From Rhynchobatus australiae (Eukaryota), in assembly GCA_034780895.1 (NCBI GenBank), contig JAUZTB010000069.1:15205397-15269396 (forward strand): DNA of 64,000 nt, read 5' to 3'. Positions 1 to 12,511 of the stretch are shown one piece after another (within the stretch, counting starts at the first letter, position 1; each line of letters begins with the position of its first letter). The notes under the pieces were generated by a model. It did no database searches. It was given only the letters and a program-made list of their open reading frames with translations, and was not told the origin of the DNA. A program made the translations under genes and the position numbers.

Positions 1-143
1 GAAGGTGGATAAGTCATCTGCACCGGATGGACTTCACCCCAGGGTCCTCAAAGAGGTAGCTGAAGAGATTGTGGAGGCATTAGTAGTGATTTTTAAAGAA
101 TCACTAGATTCAGGAATGGTTCCAGCTGACTGGAAAATCGCAA
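1..143 (+). mobile_element. CR1 LINE ORF2 fragment (pre-RT region)
   Basis: Translates KVDKSSAPDGLHPRVLKEVAEEIVEALVVIFKESLDSGMVPADWKIA, typical of CR1. Confidence 0.9.
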
Positions 144-146
144 GTA

Positions 147-405
147 TGTAAGGATACACACAGCAGCCGTGTTTTGACCAATGGCAGTGCGAGCTGACCA
201 AGCACACCCACCAGAGAACAACGTATTTAAGCTAAGTTAGCATCCTGTATTTCTTTGAGTCAGACCACGTGCAGGGAAGAACAGTGCTGTCTGTTTGCTC
301 CCCCTTGTACGCCCCACTCCCGCTAGCGTGAAACAATGAAGGTCTGTTGATTAATTTTAACTTGGTTCTGGACTTTTTGGGTCACAACATGACGTGACTT
401 TAACA
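147..405 (+). mobile_element. Solo-LTR-like insertion (259 bp)
   Basis: TGTAAG...TTAACA termini, with internal CCAAT, TATTTAA and an AATGAA polyA-like motif in LTR order. Interrupts CR1 sequence. Confidence 0.6.
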
Positions 406-985
406 GCTTTATAAGGCATTGGTCAGAACACATTTGGAGTATTGTGAGCAGTTTTGGGCCCCATATCTAAGGAAGGAAGTGCTGGCATTGGAGAGGGCCC
501 AGAGGAGGTTTATGAGAATGATCCCAGGAATGAAAGAGTTAATGCATGAGGTGTGTTTGATGGCTCTGGGCTTGTACTCGCTGAGTTTAGAAGGATGAGG
601 GGGATCTCATCGAAACCTACGGAATATTGAAAGCCCTGGACAGAGTGGACGCGGAGAGGATGGTTCCAGTATTGGGAGAGTCTAGGTCCAGAGGGCACAA
701 CCTCAGAATAGAAGGATGTCCCTTTAGAACAGAGATGAGGTGGAATTTCTTTAGCCAGAGGGTGGTGAATCTGGGGAATTTATTGCCACAGGTGGCTGTA
801 GAGACAAGTCATTGGGTATATTTAAAGCGGAGGTTAATAGGTTCTTGATTAGTAAGGGTGTCAAAGGTTACAGTGATAAGGCAGGAGAATGGGGTTGAGA
901 GGGGAAAAAATCAGCCATGATTGAATGGCAGAGCAGATTTGATGGGCCGAATGGCCTAATTCTGCTCCTATGTTTTATGGTTTTG
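406..985 (+). mobile_element. CR1 LINE ORF2 C-terminus and 3' UTR
   Basis: LYKALVRTHLEYCEQFWAPYLRKEVLALER...FFSQRVVNL, then the 3' tail gaatggcctaattctgctcctatg. Confidence 0.92.
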
Positions 986-1326
986 TGAGGGGCATAGATA
1001 TGGTCGATAGTCACAGTCCTTTTTTCCAGGGTAGAGGGGGTCTAAAACTAGAGGGCACAGATTAAAGTTGGGGGAAGATTTAAAGGGGATCTGAGCAGCA
1101 AATTTTTCACACAGAGGGTGATGCTATAAAAATTGAGCTGCCAGAGGCGGTGGTAGAGGCAGGTATAATTACATTATTTATAAAACATTTGGGCAGGTAC
1201 ATGGGTAGGAAAGGTTTGAGGGATATGGCCCTAACTCAGTCAAACAGGATTAGCTTAGAGGGACATCTCAGCTGGCATGGATGAGTTTGGCTGAAAGGCC
1301 TCTCTCTGAGCTGTATAATTCTGAGA
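986..1326 (+). mobile_element. CR1 LINE 3' fragment (second subfamily)
   Basis: aaaactagagggcacag...tttttcacacagagggtg...gagctgccagagg motifs and a CR1-type 3' end. Confidence 0.85.
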
Positions 1327-1797
1327 ATATATTTTTCATTTCATTTCTCAAACTTTCGTGTGAGAGTGAACAAGATCATGTAAGTCTACGCAAGCTCTTG
1401 GAGCAATCCAAACAATCTCATCCCCACAATCATTTCCTGTAACTATTCTCTCTCACATGCTCACATGCACATTTGTTAATATCAAATCATTTTGAAAGTT
1501 ATTTTTGAATCTGCATTTGATATGCTTTGAAGTTGTGCTTTATAAACATTCCCCTCATATCCCTCCTGGACAGCTTGCCATTACTGTGACAATGTGTCCT
1601 TTGGTTACCCTCCATCTTCTGGATACAGTGCATCTTCTCTTCACAGACTATCAAAATCTACCCAGCTTGGACTGTTTCCATTAAATCTCTCCTGTGAAAT
1701 CAGTGGTTCTGGGAGAAAATCCCACCCTCTTCAGTCCTCTCATACTCCATTGACTCCATCTACGCTTCCTGCAGCCTTGGGAAAGCAGCGAACATAA

Positions 1798-2148
1798 TGA
1801 AGGACCCCACCCACCCCGGTCATTCTCTCTTCTCCCCTTTTCTGTCAGGCAGAAGATGCAAAAGCCTGAGAGTATAAAACACCAGACTCAAGGAGAGCTT
1901 CTGTGTAACTGTTATCAGACTCTAGAATAGACCTCTCATATGCTAAAAGATGAACTCTTGAACACTTGATCTTGCAATCTCCCTCGTCATGGTTCTTGCA
2001 CTTTACTTGTTTACCTGCACTGCACTTTCTCTGTAACTGCAAACCAACATACTGCATTCTGTTTTCTTTTTCCTACCTCAGTGTAGTTATGTATGGCACA
2101 ATCTGTCTGGGTGGCATGCAAAACAAAACTTTTCACTGTATCTTGGTA
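1798..2148 (+). mobile_element. Rex1/Babar LINE 3' end
   Basis: KDPTHPGHSLFSP.LSGRRCKSL...TRLKESF motif plus a 3' UTR shared with the copy at 28396-28724. Confidence 0.8.
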
Positions 2149-2297
2149 CCTCTGCTTTTCATGATTTTTATTAATGACTTAGATGATGGGGTAGAAGGTT
2201 GGGTTGGCAAGTTTGCAGGCGACACAAAGGTTGGTGGTGTTGTGGATAGTGTGGAGGATTGTCGAAGATTGCAGAGGGACATTGATAGGATGCAGAG
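2149..2297 (+). mobile_element. CR1 reverse-transcriptase fragment running into a gap
   Basis: PLLFMIFINDLDDGVEGWVGKFAGDTKVGGVVDSVEDCRRLQRDIDRMQ (FADD mutated to FAGD). Confidence 0.9.
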
Positions 2298-5200
2298 NNN
2301 NNNNNNNNNNNNNNNNNNNNNNNNNNNNNNNNNNNNNNNNNNNNNNNNNNNNNNNNNNNNNNNNNNNNNNNNNNNNNNNNNNNNNNNNNNNNNNNNNNNN
2401 NNNNNNNNNNNNNNNNNNNNNNNNNNNNNNNNNNNNNNNNNNNNNNNNNNNNNNNNNNNNNNNNNNNNNNNNNNNNNNNNNNNNNNNNNNNNNNNNNNNN
2501 NNNNNNNNNNNNNNNNNNNNNNNNNNNNNNNNNNNNNNNNNNNNNNNNNNNNNNNNNNNNNNNNNNNNNNNNNNNNNNNNNNNNNNNNNNNNNNNNNNNN
2601 NNNNNNNNNNNNNNNNNNNNNNNNNNNNNNNNNNNNNNNNNNNNNNNNNNNNNNNNNNNNNNNNNNNNNNNNNNNNNNNNNNNNNNNNNNNNNNNNNNNN
2701 NNNNNNNNNNNNNNNNNNNNNNNNNNNNNNNNNNNNNNNNNNNNNNNNNNNNNNNNNNNNNNNNNNNNNNNNNNNNNNNNNNNNNNNNNNNNNNNNNNNN
2801 NNNNNNNNNNNNNNNNNNNNNNNNNNNNNNNNNNNNNNNNNNNNNNNNNNNNNNNNNNNNNNNNNNNNNNNNNNNNNNNNNNNNNNNNNNNNNNNNNNNN
2901 NNNNNNNNNNNNNNNNNNNNNNNNNNNNNNNNNNNNNNNNNNNNNNNNNNNNNNNNNNNNNNNNNNNNNNNNNNNNNNNNNNNNNNNNNNNNNNNNNNNN
3001 NNNNNNNNNNNNNNNNNNNNNNNNNNNNNNNNNNNNNNNNNNNNNNNNNNNNNNNNNNNNNNNNNNNNNNNNNNNNNNNNNNNNNNNNNNNNNNNNNNNN
3101 NNNNNNNNNNNNNNNNNNNNNNNNNNNNNNNNNNNNNNNNNNNNNNNNNNNNNNNNNNNNNNNNNNNNNNNNNNNNNNNNNNNNNNNNNNNNNNNNNNNN
3201 NNNNNNNNNNNNNNNNNNNNNNNNNNNNNNNNNNNNNNNNNNNNNNNNNNNNNNGAGGTGAGGGACTGACATGTGCAAGATGGAATTCAACACAAGTGGG
3301 TATATTTTGTTAAAAAGAAAGGAATAATAATATCCTGCCCGCAGCCTTAGAGTGGCCTGGGGAAACAGGCTCACAGAACAGTCCAGCCAGCACCTCAGGT
3401 TGCTAAGGCTATGAGAAAAAGTAGTCTTAATTACTGATGTAGAACACACATGAAGAGATAATAAACATTATAAACATTATAACAGCATCATTGGATGAGA
3501 ACTAGGATATTAAGGCTTTAGAGAGAATTGTACAAATGTTGCTTTGAGAAAAACAAAGGACTTCAAAGTATTTTAATTTTTAGAACTTTCTAGATTGATG
3601 AATATGATAGAAATAACTGAAAAAATTGAAGGACGCTGTTGAGTAGATTGAAGTTGACTTTCTTAAAGCTGCAGATTCAATGACAAATATGGATGCATGA
3701 TTAAGTAAAGGAGATTTAGGACAGAAGGGTGGAGAATCTTCTTCACACAGAGGTTGTGGGGCTGAGGAATTCAATTCTAGGGTTTGTGCTTGAAACAAAC
3801 TACATCAGCATTCAAGATTTGATCAGGAAGGTGCTTAATGGAACAAAGGTTAAAACGACAAGGGAACAGGGTGCGTAATTGTCATCCAACATTGTGGAGG
3901 TAATGAACATGGGGAGTTACCTATGGGGGGAAACCATGTTTAGCGTCACATCAGTTCAAAACAGATGATGAAAAGTCATCTACTTGGAACATTAGCTCTC
4001 CACAGATACAACCTAAACTACTGAGAACTTCCAGCATTTCCTATTTCAGTTCAAAATGAGAGTTCCTTGGAAATGACACATCTCTTTGGGAAACCGAACT
4101 GTGATAAACTAACCCTCTGTTTCATATTTCAGTGAATAAGGGTCAAACATTTAATATTGTCACTGACAAAGTGTTACAGCTGTTATAAAACTACAGGTAA
4201 TACTTTAGCTACACAGCATATAAATATTTGGATATTTTATATATCATTAAAAAATTCCTTTAGGTCATATGGGTGCTTCTTTCAAAACTGCCTGTCTTGT
4301 GTTAAGTCAGCTGTGAAATGTTAAGCAATGGCCACTACAGTGTACTAAATATTTATATTGAGTTGTAAAAAGGAACCATACTAATGGTCAATAAGGTTTA
4401 AATCATAGAAAAGGGAAGAGCAATGAAGTGTGTAATGTTTATAACTTTAGAGGGTAAGCTGGACGGAGAATGAGAGGGGTTCGTCTGGTGAAATCATCCA
4501 CCCATGATGTCACAGAAGAGATTTCCACTCTTCTCGAGGTTCCTGATCTCATCTCATACTGAAAGTAGCACTGGGGGTGGTGAGGAGGCTTTGGAAAGAG
4601 AAGAAATTGTACACCTGTCTATGTGGGTTCATAGTGATTTAAGATGTATGGGGACAAGGAGACTTGAGGCAACTGGGGGATGGCTGGAGATGGGAAAACA
4701 GGATCTGAAATAGGAGATGCTGGAAACCCTCTGCTGACAGCACAACATCTGTGTAATGGGCAGGTTGGGTGAAATTTTGAGCAAAGCAAGATCCACCCCC
4801 AGAGATGTGAACTGGTTGCTCGTGTCCAAACTCCTAAGATTTCCACCATTTTTCACTTGTGTTCCAGATTTGAAGCATCTGCATTTTTTTAACCTCTTTT
4901 TTTTGGGGGAGTAGTAAGGAGGCTTAAGTCCTTGTGATCAGGCAGAGTGGCAGGTATAAGATAACTTGCACACATTTCCTTCAACATCCATGTGTCTCTG
5001 CTGTGGAGAATTTCAAAGATTTACAATCTTCTGTGAAAGTCATCTCAGCTCTAGACACCTTATCCCGAGATAATGCCCCTTAGTTTTAGACTTCTGGCTG
5101 AAGGAAACAGCATCTCAGTATTTATCCACTCCAAATATTGTGGCTGCCGATGGCCCAGCATCACTGCACAGACTTCAGTTTGTAGACATTCTGAATACCC

Positions 5201-8200
5201 CCTATATCACAGTAGTAGTGTCAAACAATATGATCAGAGATGTCATCGGTCTGAAGTTAGAATTTGTCTTGATGCAGTAGCACAAGATGGGTCAAATGGG
5301 ACTTGCTCAAGTGGATTTTCCCTTTGTATCAGTTCTTTCCTTGCCATTCATCAGGCTCAGTTTGACTTTAAGGCCTGCAGAACTCGATCACTCTCAGTAA
5401 TGGACAATGAAGTCTATTTATTTATGTGAGCTGAAATTTAGTATTGTTTGCAAGCAACCTATAAAGAACCTTGAGATTTTTTGCTGTGCAGGTAGCTCTT
5501 GATTGCAAGGTCCAGGGTCCAATGTTTGCAGATTTTCTTAGAAACATTTTAACTCCTGAGAAAATCTGCAAATATGTTGCTGCAGGTGTAATTTCATTGA
5601 AAGAAAGTCTTGCCCCATCCATTGATGTTAAAGCTTTCCAAATTGCACAAAATATGGCAACCTGTTCACACACGTCAAGGTTCCAGAACAACAGTTTACC
5701 AAATAAACNNNNNNNNNNNNNNNTTTATTTATACTGGTTGAAGAGTAGATATTGGATAGGACACAAGGGAGAAACTCCCCTGTTCCTTTTAAGTACTCTT
5801 GAAATCTTCTACACCCATCCAAGAGGAGAGATGAAGACCCATCCAAAGTTCTACCTCCAGAAACAGCACCTCTGAGGTATAGCATCCATCAGATGGAGGT
5901 CAGGATTACATAAAAAATATAGAGAAGAGGCAGACCATGTTTCTACCAGTCCACATCAGGGCTTAAGCCACACTCTAATGTCCTCTCTTCTTTCCTTACC
6001 CAAATCTTTCCAGCATAACCCTCCATTATATACTTGCCTAGCATCCCCTTAAATGCATTGACATTTTTTGCCTCAACCACTCCTGTGACATTGAGTTCCA
6101 CATTCTCATTGACCTTTGGATAAAGAAGTTTTTTTTTTCCATATTCCCTATTGGATTTCTTAAGTCTTAAACCCACAACTTTGATTCCAGGTGAGAATGC
6201 CACTTATTAATGATCAGCCAGTTGCCATCTGTGATTGCTTTGAGCTCTGAACCAATTGCTCAGGATGAGGGAGATCTATCCCCAGTGATAAATTCTGTAT
6301 GATTTCTGACCGGTAGCAATAATAATTCATTGCAAACATTTACCACCAAATGCAGACAGATTCTAGCTCTTACTTGTTTACAGATTTACAATCTGCTTTA
6401 TAATTGACACTGACATACTCAGAATGCATTCATGTTAAAATTGGCCCATTATCTATAGAAGGCTAAAACTGCTGCAGTTCACCTTATGTGTGAATGATGC
6501 ACAGAGTGTAAGATCAACTTAATCAAGATTCATATGTGGGTTTAAACTAACCATTCTTACCAATGGTAACACAAGCAAAGTGAGATATCTCATCTAAAAA
6601 GTTTCATGACGCATTGCAACATCAGCTTAAAATTTATGTTGAAGTCCTCTAAACACTCTTTGAAAGAGAGTTGAGAATAGCATTCACTGAAGCACGGCTG
6701 AGGTTGGTGAAGTGACAGACCTGGCTCTTTCACTTGGCTGACAGCCAACTTCACTGCACATTTCAGGAATCTGTCCTTGCAAGAATGTCATTTACAAGCT
6801 CTCACTACACAACCAGAGCAGCAGGGTATAGTAGCTGGGATGAGAAATACAAGACAAGAAGACAGTCCTGCAAAACCTCCTCAAGGAAATCAAAACCAGA
6901 GGGAGGAACTGTGAGCAGGTTGCTTGCAGCAGAGTATTGGTAAAGTTTCAAGTCATGCCACGAAAAGGATGTGGGATTGACACTGTGCCAGCTCCCTCCT
7001 CCTCGGGGCTGGCAGTAAGCGACACAAAGACCTCACCAGGACTGATGAGGTAACTTAGAGCAAACTCTCCCATTTCTTCTTTGTCCCTGTTGGAGTAGAA
7101 TAATAACAGATTGCAATTATATGGCACCTTTGATGTGGAAACATGTCCCAAATGGCTCTACAGGAAAATCGAACAAAACTGGCACTGAATCAAAAGTGGC
7201 AATATCAGGAATGTTGGCCAAATATTGGTTAAAGCAATTTGTTTTAAGGAAGAGCAAGATGCAGGAAGGTAGGTGGAAGGGAATTCCGGTATTTAGCTAG
7301 AAAGCTGGTATGTTTTTTGAGCCTTTCTTTTGAATGGTACATGTGTTTAATGACCTTTTTCAATTATTCCCATTTGTTTAAACTAGGCTAGTCATCATGC
7401 AATCTCAGTCAAATTTAGACAATAGAAACAGGTGACATTCAACAAATAGCAGGAAACTTTTATTTAATATTACGAGCACATTACACCATTTCAATATTCT
7501 CCCACCTTCAGGGTCACTTTTGATGTTTAATAATTTCATGACATTTAGTCAATTACTTTGGCTCTACTTCAGCTGTAATTGAGTTGATAAGGAATCCATA
7601 ATTAACCCTTTAATTGTATTAATATTCAATACTAATCTGTTGACTGACAGGTTATGCTGCTTATTCTATTCATAATGACTGTAAAAGTTTTCGTTGCTCC
7701 TTTATACATTTAGATCACATACACAGACACTACTAGAAGGGATATATTCAGGCTTATAACTTCATGTTGATGAAAGGAACATCACAACAGGATCTAAACC
7801 TTCAGTCAGATAGTACCCTCAGTCCAACAAAAATACAAGGAACAATTAACCTCTATGACAAAAATGGTTAAAGAAAGGCAAATCACCCAGACCCAAAGAT
7901 TTCCATCTGAGGTACTAAAAGGTGAGGGGATTTGTCCAGATTCATTTGTCCAGATTCTCCAAAACTTTCGTGATTCAGAAATTATCCCCTTGGATGGGAA
8001 AATGCTAAAGCCATTAATTAGGAAAGCATGAAAATAAACAAATAAATTATCTTAATCACTTATGGAAACTTAGTAAATATTTTTATTTTGGATCGAGTGA
8101 CTGAGCATTTAGACAATTTTGAGAGCCGAAGTGAATGGATGGAGTTAAGGAACAGATCAGCTATTATTTATTCAATGGTTCTCAATCTACTTGCCAAAGT

Positions 8201-8802
8201 AGCTGTTCCTGTGGGTCTCACTATGTTACGAGGGCTGCATCCATCCAACTTACACTCTGCGTATCCATGTAAAAAAATGCTTTGAATCTGTTATCATTTG
8301 AGTGTGTTGATTGGACTGCATGTGACCCTGTAGGCTGAGATGTGCACCTCTGATCTAATTCGATGGCAAGCATAAGGAACCAAATGGCTTTAGCCTGTAG
8401 TTAAGTCTCCACTAAAGTCCATTCGCTCTGTCATTCTTTCATTTACTCCATCACTCCACTCCAAAGATTCCTGGAAGGCTGTGGATCTCATCCAAATGTT
8501 AATACAAGGTTTGAAACACTCTTCCACCAGAAGGGAACACTCTAAGCCAGCTGCTGTTACGCCTGCTGATTACTTATCAGTGATGAATATCATAACCAAA
8601 CTACAGAACAGGACAGCAACCTAATCCCAAAAGCCTGGCCAATTTGTATCTTCTTCACTTACATTTATTTCTCATTTTGAGTACTGGGCAAGAAAAAAGG
8701 GGAAAAAGTCCTGTTTATGCAGTAAAATCACACAAGGAAATTGATTTAACACCAGTAATCCAGTTCAATTCTCCGTGTTGTTTCATCTTTCATAACCGTC
8801 AC

Positions 8803-9021
8803 TCAGGTCATCTCAGAATCTGAGTCTCCTGATGCAGAACTCTCCTCACAGCAGTCCTCTGCCTCAGAGAAAGAGGACAAGTAATGTAACCCCGAGACCC
8901 TCTGGTACTGCGAGAGACATGAGTTGGGGAAAAGCGACAGCTCCATGCAATTATTCCTCCGGCGTTCCTTTGAGGAGAAGCTCCACATTTCAGCCAGGGG
9001 AGAACACATCACACATCCCAT
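8803..9021 (-). CDS. Candidate 72-aa microprotein MGCVMCSPLAEMWSFSSKERRRNNCMELSLFPNSCLSQYQRVSGLHYLSSFSEAEDCCEESSASGDSDSEMT, no recognised homologue
   Basis: Non-repeat, relatively GC-rich sequence. Strong Kozak context (atcATGg). Pyrimidine-rich acceptor ...cacacgcaactcag| at 9078, AATAAA at 8664-8669. Confidence 0.35.
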   Translation of the reverse strand: MGCVMCSPLAEMWSFSSKERRRNNCMELSLFPNSCLSQYQRVSGLHYLSSFSEAEDCCEESSASGDSDSEMT

Positions 9022-9652
9022 GATGACAAAGGTTGCCTTGTGTGGCACAAAGAGTGTGCTGCGTGCTGCGTGTGTTCCTGAGTTGCGTGTGAACAGAATG
9101 GGAGTTCAGGAGAGGCAAAGGAGACAGGAAATCCAGATGCTATAAGAGCTCAGGATGAAGGCTTTGACCCATTCTTCTAAAGCTGAATCAGCAACAGATT
9201 CACTAGGGATAGAATCCCTCAGTCAAGCACAAGACAACATCTGGAAAATACAAAGCACAACATAAATAAATGAATTAGAATCCTGTTTGTGGCGTCAGAT
9301 AACTGATTCCACTTAAAGAACAAAATCATCCGAAGAAAGTAGCAGCAATGATTGCAATAAGAATAATTAAATGCCCTTTAAAAATGGAAAAAAAAAACTC
9401 TGAAACTTATTGATAATAACTCTATCTCGATATAAACATTAAAATTACATTAAAATGTAAAATGTAGTTAAACATTTCAAGGTGCTTCAGAGGCATGTTA
9501 ACAGACGTAATTTGTTACTTAAAAGATATTGGACCTGATTAAGATCAACCTGGCTCACTGCTCATGTGGATTGCTTGTACTATTCCCATGCGACACTTAG
9601 TTTTTGCAGCCCTGCAGGTCTGATCCTAATGGAGTTCTTGTTGCGGCAAATA

Positions 9653-10314
9653 TCTGAATCAGAATCAGATTTATTATCTCTGACATATGGCGTGAAATTT
9701 GCTGTTTTGTGGCAGTAGTACAGTGCAAAGACATCAAAATCTATAAATTACAAAAATAAATATTTAGTGCAAAAGAAAAGGGATGGTGAGGTAGTGTTCA
9801 TGGAACGTTCAGAAATCTGATGGCGGAGGGGAAGAAGCTGTTCCACTGAGTNNNNNNNNNNNNNNNNNNNNNNNNNNNNNNNNNNNNNNNNNNNNNNNNN
9901 NNNNNNNNNNNNNNNNNNNNNNNNNNNNNNNNNNNNNNNNNNNNNNNNNNNNNNNNNNNNNNNNNNNNNNNNNNNNNNNNNNNNNNNNNNNNNNNNNNNN
10001 NNNNNNNNNNNNNNNNNNNNNNNNNNNNNNNNNNNNNNNNNNNNNNNNNNNNNNNNNNNNNNNNNNNNNNNNNNNNNNNNNNNNNNNNNNNNNNNNNNNN
10101 NNNNNNNNNNNNNNNNNNNNNNNNNNNNNNCCACTGCTGACCCCTCAATGACTGGTGTGCGTTCTCCCGACCTCCCCTACCTGAAGTCCACAATCAGTTC
10201 CTTGGTCCTGCTGACGTTGAGTGTGAAGTTGTTGTTGCGACACCACTCAACCAGCCGATCTACCTCATTCCTGTACGCCTTCTCACTGCCATTTGAGATT
10301 CTACCAACAATGGT
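9653..10314 (-). mobile_element. 5'-truncated Rex1/Babar LINE with an internal gap
   Basis: Minus strand TIVGRISNGSEKAYRNEVDRLVEWCRNNNFTLNVSRTKELIVDFR and NSFFPSAIRFLN, ending in an (ATTCTG)n-like tail. Confidence 0.88.
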
Positions 10315-11189
10315 AAATCCAGCCTCAGGCAGGTCCTGAAGATCCTCCACAGATCACACAGGTTGCCTTTTGAATGTTCTCCACTGTCAAAGGCCTTTGG
10401 GCTACTTTTAAAAGATGATCAGAAACACTTAACAACAGCACAAAAAGATTCAAATAAATTAATAACCTTTTGAAAAAAAATTTAAGATCAGTGCTAGAAA
10501 TTAAAAATATTAAATGAAATTTAAAAAACACTTGTACTCACCTTTTCAATCAAGGCTGTTAATCCCATTTAAATAAATGGAGTCACACTACAAACACCAG
10601 CTATGCCTGGCATAAAGCTGAGGAGCCAGACACGAAGTGCATCTACCCCTCAGCACAAGATCCTCTGAATCTGGACTAGTGCTGAGCTCAGTGGTGGCTT
10701 GGGTGGTTGAGGTGCATTGGCATCTTCCTCTTGATTTCAACATGACAATGTGTAGGCACATGATCTGACCTGTACATTGCAGTTTGCCATCAATTCTTTG
10801 TGGGATCACCCAACTAAAGATAAGCATCTTCTTGCTCATGTCAGGTCACTAAAGAGGTTGGTTTGAAAGAGAGGTTTAGGGAGATAATTCCAGGGCTCGG
10901 GGAACCACTGACTGAAAGTTCAGCCAAGAGTTGCAGAGCCCTGAAAGCAAGAATGTATAACGGATAGGAATTGAAGGAGTGCAGAGATCTTGGAGGATTG
11001 CTGGGGTGGAAGAAGTTGCAATAATAGGGAAGCCATGAAGGGATTTTAAAATCAAAACTTGCTTATTTCACCCATAGTTCCAATCATCAAGCCATGAATG
11101 AGTGAGGATCTGGTATCTTTGTATTCACCCAAACCCACATTGAAAGACCATCCTTGCTTTATGGTGAAATAAAAACATTAAAAAAAATT

Positions 11190-11368
11190 TAAAAATGCAG
11201 GAAATACTCAGCAGATTAGGCAGTATTTGTGGGGAGAGAAACAGAATTAATGTATCAGGTCAATGAACTCTCATCAGTTCTTGTGAAGAAACATTAACCC
11301 CGTTTCCCTCTCCTGACCCACTGACTACTTCTGTCATTCCCCGATTTATTTCAGATTCCCAGCATTGT
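11190..11368. mobile_element. Palindromic Penelope-derived element
   Basis: ggaaatactcagcag...gagagaaacagaattaatg...tcatcag followed by an inverted arm gaaacattaac...ttcagattcccagca. Confidence 0.65.
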
Positions 11369-11647
11369 TCTTTGACCTTTAGTGGGAAATTTCAGATTTG
11401 AGAAAGATCGGAATATAAAAATATTCACTAGGTTTTGGATGGATGAATGCCTTTGTACACCAAGGCGCAAAGCACAAACACAACAAAAAGATGCTATCCA
11501 GTCATACTTAGGCTGGAAAGGCAATGATGTAGCGATGAGTAAATGGTGGGGTGAGGCGGGTGAGTAGCTGGGAAGTAAAGGTAAGGTTTAACTGTTATTG
11601 TTATAATTTTAAGCAGAAAATAACTAGGTAGGGAAAGAATAGTTCAG

Positions 11648-11809
11648 ATGGAGGACATGGCGATGTGCTGCAGTTGCATGATGAACTAATGGACCCTGCT
11701 GTGGTGCATGGTGACCACATCTGCAGTAAGTGCTTGAGGCTGGAGGAACTTCGGCTCAGAATTGATGAGCTGGAGTCGCAGCTTCAAACACTGCGAAGCA
11801 TCAGGGAGG
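11648..11809 (+). mobile_element. CR1 ORF1 N-terminus (zinc finger plus leucine zipper), frameshifted
   Basis: CCSC...HICSKCLRLEELRLRIDELESQLQTLRSIRE, then a gap. Confidence 0.8.
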
Positions 11810-12511
11810 NNNNNNNNNNNNNNNNNNNNNNNNNNNNNNNNNNNNNNNNNNNNNNNNNNNNNNNNNNNNNNNNNNNNNNNNNNNNNNNNNNNNNNNNNNN
11901 NNNNNNNNNNNNNNNNNNNNNNNNNNNNNNNNNNNNNNNNNNNNNNNNNNNNNNNNNNNNNNNNNNNNNNNNNNNNNNNNNNNNNNNNNNNNNNNNNNNA
12001 GCAGAGGGAAATTAAGAGTAATAAAAACACACAGACAAAAAACTGTTTGTCAATAATCTTTCTGCGGAGAAAAAAATTGCCCCAAGGGGGAGTGGAGTGT
12101 GGAGAAATGAAACATTTTATTGCTGATAGATTATGCATGGAGATTGAGAGTCCTGCCTTAAAGCCCCCTTTAAAAAGACAATTAATGGATTTCTGTGGCA
12201 TATATCACAGCTGCTGTGAGTTGCCTTGAAAGCCTTTATTGCTTTAATATTTGGCAAATTGCTCTGGCCATAATTATTGCAGCTGCTCGGATAATTAAAT
12301 TTCTTAATATTAATGTTACCCTCACAAACCTTGGAAGGTGAAAAACCAATGAGGCCTCTTTATCACTTTCACGACTATTCCTGACTGTGGGATGATAAGG
12401 ATTGAGAATGGTTATCAATCAGGTGGGGAGGGGTTTACTCTTATGCATGTCCTCTACTGAAACGACATTAATCCAACATAATTTGACAGATCAGCCTGAG
12501 ATAATAGTGGT

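Noticed and set aside
1966-3449. Long ORFs of 369-438 aa in the ORF track (likewise at 9748-10193, 37422-37911 and 46365-47207)
   Set aside because: They are mostly X, produced by reading through N gaps; the real residues are TE fragments or noise.
8924-9145. ORF listed as MGKSDSS..., superficially like the NCS1 N-terminus
   Set aside because: Starts at TTG, has no EF-hand similarity, and is antisense to the better-supported 72-aa ORF.
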